Shown here: positions 39,770 through 50,935 of the stretch, one piece after another
Layout: every line of letters begins with the position of its first letter
Numbering within the stretch: position 1 is the first letter of the stretch
Source of the DNA: Lama glama
Taxonomy: Eukaryota
Direction of reading: 5' to 3'
Assembly (NCBI GenBank): GCA_028534125.1
Contig: CM052845.1
Location: forward strand, 17,298,001 to 17,362,000
Length of the DNA: 64,000 nt
Notes under the pieces: generated by a model
Database searches by the model: none
The model's input: the letters and a program-made list of their open reading frames with translations, nothing else
What the model was told of the DNA's origin: nothing
Translations under genes and position numbers: made by a program

Positions 39770-39970
39770 AAACTAAGGAGACATGATGAATTGGGGAGAT
39801 GCTCAGTGAAGAATGAAAATGATGAGGTCTAGGCAGTAGGATCAGTTCATCAAAGAATGAGTATTGGGCCTAATTAATGTTGAGAAAAGAAGGCTAACAG
39901 TCTTGCTACTCTGTAAGTATAAGAAGGATTATGGCACGAAGATGAGGACTAAAATTGCTCCATTGCATAC
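39770..39970 (+). mobile_element. Possible L3/CR1 LINE remnant
   Basis: TTGAGAAAAGAAGGCTAA...GTAAGTATAAGAAGGATTATGGCACGAAGATGAGG resembles the CR1 ORF2 C-terminal motif; heavily degraded. Confidence 0.35.
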
Positions 39971-40028
39971 CAAGAACTTGGGATAAAAAATCACGAAAAA
40001 ATTTCTAATTAAACACAGATACAGGTAA

Positions 40029-40393
40029 GAAAAATACCATATGATATCCCCGAGACTCTAAAAAAAAAAGGCACAAATGAATGTATTTACAAAACAGAAA
40101 CAGACTCACAAAGAAAACAGACTTGTTAGTTTCCGGGGGGAAGGAAGAGGATGGGAAAGGATAAATTGGGAGTTCAAGATACACAATACTAATATATATA
40201 AAAAAGATAAACAACAAGTGTATACTGTATAGCACAGGGAATTATATTCAATATTTTATAGTAACCTATAATGAAAAAGAATATGAAACAAATATACGTG
40301 TGTACATGTATGACTAAAACATTATGCTGTACACCAGAAATTGACACAACATTGTAAACTTCAATAAAGAAATAAAGTAAAAGAAACAAACAG
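40029..40393 (+). mobile_element. 5'-truncated L1 3' end (camelid/artiodactyl L1)
   Basis: ACAAAACAGAAACAGACTCACA, GGATAAATTGGGAGTTCAAGAT, ATAAACAACAAG...CTGTATAGCACAGGGAA, TGCTGTACACCAGAAATTGACACAACATTGTAAAC, AATAAA, A-rich tail; 14-bp TSD ACAGAT(A/G)CAGGTAA at 40015-40028 and 40394-40407. Confidence 0.9.
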
Positions 40394-40894
40394 ACAGATG
40401 CAGGTAAATTCAGAAGAATCATGATGTCTAGTAGGGTTGTGTCTGTCCAGGCTTCCTGACAGAGAATAAATCGAGTGTCTCACAAGGTCTCTGACTTACA
40501 GATTATGATGTTCCATTATCTGGAAGATTCTTTAGCCACATAAAGCAGAATTGATTTGCAGAGATCATTTCCCCTAGAAGCAAGCTGCTAATCACATGAA
40601 TATTCTTCCAGTGAAATAATAACCTGAATCAGACTGTGTTTTGAGAGCGTGGAGCATTTCGAGAAAGACACAGATAGTAACACTTGGGGATATTTGGGGA
40701 AGGACTGATTCGTGCGTGGAAAATCAGGTATGACCACGGTCAAAAACAAAACAGTGTGTGCCACACCAAATCTTTCCTGGAAAAGTGCATGAAAGAGGAA
40801 GAGAAAATGTTGTTGATTGTTTTTTGGTTGTCAAAGCTGGCTTGATGAACTTTTTGAAAAGGTTGAAATATTTAAGTAATGCCAGTTATTTTTG

Positions 40895-41639
40895 GTTTTG
40901 TTTGTTTTTTTAACTGAAGTATAGTTAACTTACACTATCATATGGGTTTCAGATGCACAGCGTAGTGATTTGATGTTTTTATAGACAACACATCATACAA
41001 AGACATTAAAATGCCATTGACTAGGTTCACTGTGCTGTACAATACACGCCTGTGATTCGTTTTATAACTAGTGAGTTGGCACATCTTAATTCCCTTCACC
41101 TATTTCACCCATCCCCCACCCAACCCCCTGTCAACCACTGGTTTGTTCTCTGTATCTGTGAGTCTGTTTCTGTTTTGTTTTATTTGTTCATTTGTTTTGT
41201 TTCTCTGGATTCCACGTATAAGTGAAAACATAACAGTATTTGCAAGGATGTAGAGAAAAGGGAACACTCGTGCGCTGTTGGTGGGAACATAAATTGGTGC
41301 AAAACTGTGGAAAACAGTATGGAGGTTCCTCAAAGAACTGAAAATAGAACTACCATGCGATCCAGCAATTCCACTCCTGGGTACACATCCGAAGAAAATG
41401 AAAACACTAATTTGAAAAGATATGTGCACCCCTAAGTTCACTGACGCATTAGCATAGCCAAGGTATGGAAGCAACCTAAGTGCCCATTGACAGGTGAATG
41501 GACAAAGATGTTTTATATACAAACACACACACACAGAGAAATAGTACTCAGGCATAAAAAGGACTGTAATCTTGCCATCTGTGACATCAGAGGTAGATCT
41601 AGAGGGTGTTATGCTCAATGAAATGTCAGACAGGGAAAG
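40895..41639 (-). mobile_element. L1 (L1MA-like) insertion with inverted 5' segment (twin priming)
   Basis: Minus-strand 3'UTR with T-rich tail 40895-41242 joined to a plus-strand ORF2-end segment 41243-41639 (CAAGGATGTAGAGAAAAGGGAAC...GATCCAGCAATTCCACTCCTGGG...GTCAGACAGGGAAAG); TSD AGTTA(T/C)TTTTG at 40884-40894 and 41638-41648. Confidence 0.88.
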
Positions 41640-44600
41640 TTACTTTTGTATTCATCTATTAAACATTTAGGATCTACTTGCTAGGTATGGTAAAACATTT
41701 ACCAAAAAATTTCTTCCTGAGTATCCCTACTAAGCAAATTTTCTTAACTTCTATAATGAAATACCATATGATTCTTAATGTTTACTTAGATAAAACTCTT
41801 AGCACTGAAACCAATTTATTTTAGGAATCTGGAATGAATGAGTAACATAGATGGAATTTTAGTAAAGACAAAACAAAAGGTAACAAAATTTTGTAGGCAA
41901 TAACGTATATTGTATTAGTGTAAGGGTCACAGTTCTGGTCTTTGCAGGTGTAATACTTAGACGTATACAGAAGTCAAGGAAACTTGGATTATGTTTGATT
42001 GATGCAAAGAATGAACCTAATTTTTTTGCTCCTTTAGATAGTTTATTAGATTCTTATGCTTCACGTCTTCACTTCGCTGACCCTATCCTCACCCAGCATG
42101 GCTTCCTCCCTTTGGAGTAAATCCTCAAGGAAACACTTTGCAGCATTAGCTTTGTACGGTTAACCAAAGATAAAACAATGCATATTTTTAAAAGTTATTT
42201 AGAAAGAAGACACAGTTTGAAGAAATTCAGACGCAAAGACATAGAGTGAATGGTTCAAGATAAAACAGTGAGTTAATGACAGAACCAGACTAAGAAACCA
42301 GATCTTTTCACTTCTAATCAGGTGTTCCTACCAGTCTGCCTGAGACTCTTCCCTTAACATAGGAGGGTAATGCCTTAGACTAAGAAGCATGAAAGAAATT
42401 CAACTGCACAGAAGCTCAAGGTGATATGGAAGACACGTAAATTTACAAAGCCTTTTCCTTCTCTTTAAAGAGGAGGTGATCTGAGGGGACCTAACTCTGC
42501 CATTGTCTGGATACCAGCAGATTCCACGCAAGGACAGGCGACGCAGTAGAGTGGGGCTTGGGATCTAGCGCTCACGGGGCCTTAGCCAGATGCACAGATT
42601 CGCTAAGCCTTCATTTTCTTTCCGTAGCAAAACAGGGGTAACAATACAAACTTCAGAGTGTGGCAGATGGAACACAATAGGTGCTCAATAAAATCCAAAT
42701 ATCTCTTTCTGTCTCTGCCTCCATCTCTGTTGACTTGTATTCTGCCATTTGGATTTTCATATAATGATTCTTCTAAGGAATGATGACAACATTCCCATCC
42801 AAAATCCTTACCAATTATCAGGGGAAAGGTGATGGTTACAGAATGACTATTTTCACACAGTTTCTGTACACTAATGACACTTTCCATGGAAAGTCAAAGG
42901 ATTTTGAAGAGGATATAAACTCTTCCATAAAGGAATGATGTCTTAATAGCAAAATCGGAATTGGCTGGAGTTAAGAGGATTTCTGTGGGTGAAAGTTTCC
43001 AGTTAAGACAGGATAAGAAACGTATCTCATGGAAAGGGAGAACCTAAGCTCTTACACTTCCTGATATTTCTTTGGGAAAAGAACTCTTGCCTGACAGCCG
43101 TCAATCATCGATGAGCTATCCATCCGGCACGAACTGCTTGAAATACGGGAGAGGTAACCAGGACTCACGGGTATACATATGGCAGTATTCTTCCCCCTCA
43201 AAGTGCAAACTTTTCACCTCCAGATAGATTCCTTTTCAGCAATTTTTATCCCTTTAGCATTCACTCTTGGAACAGATAGGTAAAAATATGACAATACTTT
43301 AAAGGAACGCTGTAGCCTGTGCTCCCCTTCTGACTTTCTGCACTAATCTCTTAATGTTTTGAGATGAAATAGAAAGTGCACTCAAGGTGCTAAAGATGAA
43401 ACCATACAGTTGACATCTAGACCCTTAACAGATGCAAATGTGGACAACGAGAGCTACTGTAATTGAAGTTCTTTGTCTTTACAGCATTGAAGGGCCCCCT
43501 GGCCAAGTGCTGGGACACCACTGCCTTTTACAAGCCACCCACAGAACTCAACCATCCTGACAGAAAAATCTTGATCAGGATTGAGACCCACTGGTGGAAG
43601 GGCAATAAGGGTGACTATTAGCAATTATGCAGCCCCCTTCCTTGCACCATCACGGTGTTCTCCGGGGGTTCCCTTGGAAACCGTATCAGTTGCATAACCC
43701 TCATTATGGCCGTGGCGAAGACAAAGCCGAGCGTACAGGAAATCTACTTTATGCAGTGATGGTTTTGAGATTTGGCAGGAAGCACCTGAAATGGGTGGGC
43801 ATAAAATACTCTCAGACTCTGCTCTCAATCGCTAAGGCTCTTACTCTAGTAGCAAATTAGTGCACCTTAGAGTTAGCTGGAATGAGCATGATGCAGGATT
43901 CTTGCTGGATGCTCCATGATAACTGAATGTCTTATTCGAAGCGATGACTCAGGAAAAATGAAGAAATACTGGTCTCTTTTGAGTCTGAACTAGATCTGTT
44001 ATCATTCACTATCCATCTTGTTTTCTAATAAAGCCACTGCATATTCCCTTAAGTCCACATTTATTTTTAGTCTTCGATAGCATCTTTTTCATTCTGTTTG
44101 CTGTTTCACAAGCTGCAACGGGCATTCTTCTGCAATACGACTTTATGTAATTGTGCAGATGAAAGTCTGTTTCAACTGTCTTTCTGTGGATTTTCCTTTT
44201 TTTTTCCCTTACTACAGCAAGATTTTTTTCCAGGTTCTGCACTCAAAAGCTTGGAGTCATCTTTGGCTCCTCGACTGTTTCTCACATTACAAAGCCCTCC
44301 AGCCCCACGACAACCTGTTCCTTCCCCGCTATTCACCATAACACTTTCTGAGTGTTTATGGGACCCTGGCTCATCAATCCCAAGTTGGCCTCGATACAAG
44401 CCATTCATCGTGTCTCAGCGCAGCCTTAGGACTGGACAGACACAATGCACAGAGACAATCTTAGACGTTTCTGCATGACATCTACGTTCCTCACAAGTGG
44501 ATTCCACTTAACTGTCAGCTTTAACTTCCAGTGCTTCCCAAGAAGACTCTTCCAGAATCGAAGGGCAGCCTCCTTATAAGGCGACCACTGAGTCTCCCTC

Positions 44601-45339
44601 GTTGCTTCCAAGCATCTCTGCAAGTTGTTCCAACTGGAACCACGCACCACTCTTCTGCTGCATTTAAACATATCTTTACCACCTTCAAAATCCTGCTGGA
44701 ATTCTATGAATTCTGCAAAATCTTTCCTTTTCTGAATCTTTATTGCATTTCTCTTCTCAGTAGGCAGTATTTCATTCAGCTGTTGCTTTGTCTTCTGATT
44801 GTTTCCTTTTTGTAAAGTCCTGTGTCTCCAGTTTGATAAGCTTGACAGCAAAGGGTCAATTTTATTCCTTAAAAACATCTCTCAGAGTATTTGATATAAG
44901 GATGTTCACCAAATATGTGCATAATACAGCCTGACTTTTTGCAGAATCAATGCTTTATTTTTTAATGAAAAATAGATCTCAAGAACTGCTTCTGACATTA
45001 TATGCAACTTCTACAAACCTGTTTAAGTCTATTTTTCCACTACACTTTTTGCAATGCCTGAATTACATATTACACTGCTGGTGCTAGTGGCTAGTGCATT
45101 CCTGAAAATGTTCATTTTTGGTTAGCATTCCAGATCTCCCAGAAACTACCAAATCTGAATTTAGTATCTAAAAACTACTACGTATGCAAGATAGCTCACA
45201 AATGTTATTCTACTTCTTTGCAAAGATTTAACAGCACAAATTGTTATTGATGTATTTACTAGATTAGCAAATATTTAAGAGACATTATGGAGCATCCCCT
45301 AATTAAATTAAATGACATCTAAACAGTGGAATTTTGTGA

Positions 45340-46850
45340 AGAAAAGCAATTTAAATTCTTATATCACAGACTACACCTAAAAATTCAGATAGATTAAATA
45401 TGTAAAAAAAAAAGAAATATAAAAAAGGAAGAAAATAAAAATGACTATTTGCTCTAGGGGTAAAGTCAACATTTCTAAGCATATAAAAGGCCACAAGTAA
45501 ATAATATAATTGACTTTATATTTTAGAAAATTCTTTTAGAAAAATAAAATCAAACTGAAGAAAATGTTCACAAAAGATTTAGATTTAAACCTTTTAAAAG
45601 AGACAAAGGGTTATTAAGATTCTTATTTTGTGAAACCTATGCAATTCAATAAGAAAAAAAATTGTATATGTACATGTGTATCTCTATCTCTTGCATCTTT
45701 TCCAAAGGCTGTGGGTTGATGGAAAGAGATTTACCTCCTGCTGTTAGTATCACCTGCTTTCAGTTTTTTATTTATTTTGTAAGGATACAGAAACTTTGTG
45801 GAAATGAATTTGCGACTCCAAGCTGGAGTAAATACAGATTTTCTTGGCACCTAGAATCTCTAATAAGGAGTGCGCAGATGTTTAAGCAAGGTGAAATCCT
45901 GCTAGAGTTGAGGACCCTGCATCTGTGCTGTGCCCCAGCTCTTTTATACTTGGAGTTCATGTCATCACTCATCACTACTGCGGAACTTACACATATGTCT
46001 GCGAGCAGAAGGCCTGCGTTTAAGGAGTTGTTTATTTATATCAGGTCCTCTTGCAATCAAACCTGTCTCATCAAGGCCACATGTACACGAGGAAGAAAAA
46101 AGCAGAGTCAGTGTCCTAATGTCCTTGAATGCTATCTCTTCCTTCCAAGTTTCCTTAGGTTCTGGAAGATCCATTTCTCCATATACCTCAACAGAAAAAT
46201 GGTCAAAGGGTATAAACTGGCAATTCACAAAAGAAGAAACACAAATGGTACACATTCATACATGAGAATATACTCACCCTATTCATCAAATGAACATAAC
46301 TTATAACAATAGTAAGATACTATGATTCCATCAAGTTGCCAAACTTTTAAAGCAACATTCTTTGTCAATGGCTTGTGGAAAAAGACACTTATTTATACCA
46401 CTGGAGGAAGTGTAAATTGATACAAGTTTTTTTCGCACGGCATTTTGACAGAGTATATCAAATGCTTTAAATTGTACATACCCTTTGGCTCTGATAGTCC
46501 ATTTCCAAGAATTTATCCTAAGGTATCAGGGGATACAGAATTAGGGGCAAAGATTTAGCCTAAAGGATTATTACTGCAATTTATAATAGTGAAATTTATA
46601 ATAGTGAAAATTCAAACAATGTAGATGCCCAAAAGTAGTGGATATGTTAAACAAATTATGATAAATCACAGCATGGACAAGTATGACGTTGTAGAAGAAT
46701 GTCTAATCATGTGGGGCAACCTAGGTCAAAAGAGAAATTGCAACTTTAATTAAAAATTTACACACATAGAATGAAAGTAGAAATATCAAAACAGAAACTA
46801 GTTCATACTCTCCACATACTTCTGTGTCTTCAAATGACATGTAATGCTAA
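45340..46850 (+). mobile_element. Ancient L1ME-like ORF2 3' part/3'UTR, interrupted at ~45661-46184
   Basis: CAATAAGAAAAA // CAACAGAAAAATGGTCAAAGG...CAATTCACAAAAGAAGAAACACAAATGG, TGTAAATTGATACAA, CATACCCTTTGG...CCATTTCCAAGAATTTATCCTAAGG. Confidence 0.75.
45675..46183 (-). mobile_element. Putative solo LTR (family not identified) inserted into the L1ME fragment
   Basis: ~500-bp non-L1 block splitting a contiguous L1 ORF2 motif. On the minus strand it has TATAAAAG (45941-45948) followed ~170 nt later by AATAAATAAA (45767-45776) and TG...CA-like ends. Confidence 0.5.
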
Positions 46851-47539
46851 GTAATTAAGATAGATAAATTCAGGGCATGGGTTTAAACACTCAGAATATT
46901 TTCTACTTAAAATTTCTGGGTCTAAAATAAAGTTCCATTGTCAGCATGAATTATTTCACATGGGTTACTGACACAGTACAATGCAAATAATGATTAAATG
47001 CTTAAAAAATTCTAATAATTATCTGAAGCCTTAAACTCTTTAAATAGGTTCATATAATTTAGTTCACCGATAAGCACGCTGTGTACCCTACATTCTAAAC
47101 AGTGGTGTTCCAATCACAGTAAATGAGACATGGTCCGTCATAAGGGAATGTTTTATACTTGTTTGCTGCAGCAACTGACATTTCATTCAAGCTCTTTTAA
47201 ATCCCCTGGGAATCTCCAGCTGCCATATGTCAAAATTTTAAGGTCTCTCTTTGTGAACTTTCACACCCCTGTAAAAACCAGTTGGGAGAGAGCCCACTTC
47301 CTACGGATTACTTTCATATTAACCAGTTAAAGACGGTTTAGTCCAAATGATTGTTTCACAAAGTCACAGTTTCCCCAAATTTCAATATGCAAATAATAAC
47401 TCCCACTCTGGTTTTTTATAGCCTATTTCTATTTCTCTCACACATATCACTTGTGCTCTGGGTTTGTTTTTGGTTTTTTTTTCTTTGACCTCTTTTTGTG
47501 TCTTTTCTAAAAATTAGTGTTCGATAATGTCAACATGAC

Positions 47540-48062
47540 ATTCCTCTGCATGAACATTCTTCAGAGACTCTGGTTACCTACAGGAAAAGGTACAAATCTC
47601 TCGGCATGGCCATGAAGGCCCTTTGCACGATGGGTGGGGTGACCTGCGCAGCCTGAACGCCCTTCACTCATCCACACACAGCCTGGGTTCCAGGCTCCAA
47701 GAGCCTGTGGTGCTGGGAACAGTCCCCGGGAAATTCACACTTCCTCGCTTGCTGCTTTGTCTACATCTTGCATTTTTTACACATCCTTTAACCCTGTGTA
47801 CCAACCTCCCTCTTCCTCTGTGCAACCTTCTCTCCTCTCTTGCTTGCAGTCTCTACAGCAAGAGTCCACTCTGTGCTGACACTGCCTTTGCGCTTTGTGT
47901 TGTAATACCACCGACCACGTATAAATGCACTTGCAACGTGCCATCTACTTGCCTGTCTGCCCAACCAGCCTGTGAATTTCTTAGAGTCAGGGACTATGTC
48001 TTACTCACTTTTTGATTTTCTTGCACCTGGTACAACACCTAGCATTTATTATTCATTGAATG
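47540..48062 (+). mobile_element. L2 LINE 3' fragment
   Basis: GGCATGGCCATGAAGGCCCTTTGC...CTGTGAATTTCTTAGAGTCAGGGACTATGTCTT...CCTGGTACAACACCTAGC...TTGAATGAA terminus. Confidence 0.7.
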
Positions 48063-50689
48063 AAGGTGTACTGGATGTACTAAATACGAGATCAATTCAA
48101 AGAGTCATATCGAAACTTAATTCCGTTTTCACTTTCTATGTGACTTCATATTTAAAGTCAAGGTACTATTCACAAGACATTTTTAATTGCCCTGTTCTCA
48201 AGTTTATACCCATTTGCATCCATTTTAATATACTTTCAATGTGCTTTTGCCTTTAGTTTCTGTACAGTCTAATCATTATGGAAACTTATCTCAAGTCAAC
48301 TGATAAACAGAAAATTTCAATATAGTGAAACCCTCGTTCAAATGACTCAGTAAATTATGTACAGGATTTTCACATTTAAACTTGTACGTGTATGTTATGT
48401 TAATTAACAGAATTATTATGATCTGAGAAGAATATTCTATAAATAACACGCCCCAGAAATCAGTTAGTTGCTCTCCAAACACTTGAATGCCCTCGGAATG
48501 GCAAATAAACGAAGGTTCCATGGCTCTAACACTTATTTTTTCTATTTCAGTGATAATTACATCAATGAACCTGATTCAGCATTCACTGCTGTTCAATTCA
48601 TTAATTAAAACAAGTTTTCTGCTACTACGGTGATTTTTCAAGGATATCAGACACACATTCAAAAATCAAAATAGCATACATCATCGGTTTTGATCTGTGT
48701 TAGGATGCTTCATTTTGACTTCAACTCCACAATTAAAAGAACACTTAGAATTTAAACAGACACAGCATATATTCTGTGTACTTTGAACAAACATACTTAG
48801 AACACAAGTTCAGTTTTGTAGAAGTAGCAAAATTCGTGTGAAGAGCCGCAAAGTCCCAAGAAGTTCCTCAAATCCTCTTAGAATGGAAAATGCAAACGTA
48901 TATGAATACTTACATGATAACCATTGGACTGAATTTTATAGGATTTTAATTTCAGGTTCATAATCCTAAATTTTCAAAAACTTTTGTTTAAATCACTGCT
49001 TACTCTGTGCAAGTGTCTTGTCACACGTTCTTGAACTGAATATATTTCCCCTAAGTGAAATACGGATGCTCTTGCTTCAAGAATGACAGGTTGCTATTTA
49101 AACAATAAACGTATACACATCAAGGCGATGTAATTATTTTTACATATGGGAGACTACCTGACTGTGTTTTGCAAAGCAGCACTTCAATTCCAAGCTTGAT
49201 TTAGTAAGCCTGCAACATATCACTTTTGCTATTTTTGACATCCCAGAGCACCTAAAACATAAAATACGATTTACAGCAGTAGAACATGCCAGAACTGACC
49301 ATTACATGCCAGAAGAGGGCCCATTATGGAATTTATATTCAAGTTACGGTGTAGAACGTGTAGTCGAGTTGCATACAATTAGAATAACACCGAAATACCA
49401 TTTCTTTCTTGCAGCAGCGGCGTTCTACCTAATTTTCACAATCAATTTCCAAAGTCAGCTGCAAGTTGGTAAAGACCAAGGCGAAGGGATGGAATTAGGC
49501 TCGTTAGGCAAAATAATGCACCTCTCTTGAAATTATTTGTGGGAAACTGAAATATTATCCCCTTGTAAAAAGAGTCAGGAGAGAAACGACATCTTTGTCG
49601 TCATCTGAAGCACCACAAGTATCTGACAAACAGGGAGTCCAGCGTCACTAGCAGTTTCTCCCCATCCAGTCTAGAATTTAATCGGGGATGGGATAGCTAC
49701 AAACCCTTCCATTTCCTCTCTCTCACCTACACGCCGTTGCTCAGAAAGAGAAAACATTGCACCGCCCACTTTTCCGGAGAACATATGTTGCCTGGCGCGG
49801 TAATTTGGATTGCAGAATGGCTGAAGTTCTCCACTGAGAGAGTGATGTGAACACCACTACGTTCGTCTATCAAATTGGTTTAAGGGGTATATCTTTTTTT
49901 TTTTTCAGGACAGTAACTCAACTTGTAGACTTTATCTATACAGAAAGCAGACATCAAAACTACTATTTCAGAAGGCAAGAAAATTGGTATTTGGAAAGGT
50001 TTTAGCCCAGCAAAGCAAGTATCCATCACACCTAAAAACACTGCACATTAATGTATACCCTCTGTTAGCCAAATTGGCCCTTAATACCTTAGCATCACAC
50101 ACTATTAGGGTGGCATTAGTGAGGTCCTATCACAGGTATGTGGCTCAGACCCCGGGTGAGAAATAAAGTCTTCCAGAAACGATTTATTTTACTGTGTGAG
50201 CTGATGAGCATCAGTTAAATTGCCTGTTAATTGACTGTCTGTCTAAGTAACATGCCTTTGAGGGAAACACGACTTTTGAAATTTCCTCTGGCCAGGAGGG
50301 GAAGAAGCTTGCTCAGATCTTTGAAGTCTCCAGCCATCAGACTCATTCTCAGCACCACTTAATGTACATTCATTTAATTACAGTGAATGAAAAAGTATGC
50401 GGGCTTTTAGAGAAAAATAGAAGAGTCAATAGATGGTGACAGAAATTCCAGGTTATGCAAATTACCGGTGCCTCTTCTGGGGGGGCCACTAGCTAGTGCT
50501 CCCTCATCTCCCCAAATGTACAAATACCGGACTAATGCCCACGGAGGGGGAGGGGACATTTACGGCGGGCCAAACCTATGTAGGTACTTGATATTGTGAC
50601 TAACTTACAAGTTTATCTAACTTCATCTTCACAGCCACTTAAGAAGGAGAGAGAATTTCCCACCATTTACAAAGAATAATGGGAGTACA

Positions 50690-50935
50690 CCCTCATTTGG
50701 AACTCACTAGATGCCGGGCACGACTGTTCTAAGCACATTATATACCAAGACTCATTGAATCCTGCCAATGACCCTATAAGGACTGTATACCGTTAACGCT
50801 TTTCTGTATTTTACCCCTGGGAAGACTGTAGCCCTGGAAGGTTAAGTCACTGCCCAAGGTCACACAGCCGGGAGGTGACAGGCTCAATCCAAATCCAAGT
50901 GGTCTGTCCCCAACAACACGCTGTCAACTATTGCC
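50690..50935 (-). mobile_element. MIR SINE
   Basis: GCCGGGCAC..CTGTTCTAAGCAC...AAGGTTAAGTCACTGCCCAAGGTCACACAGC. Confidence 0.75.

Noticed and set aside
45662-46306. 214-aa ORF as a novel protein
   Set aside because: Begins at TTG in a low-complexity stretch, crosses a putative LTR/L1 junction, reads L1 ORF2 out of frame and has no recognisable domain.
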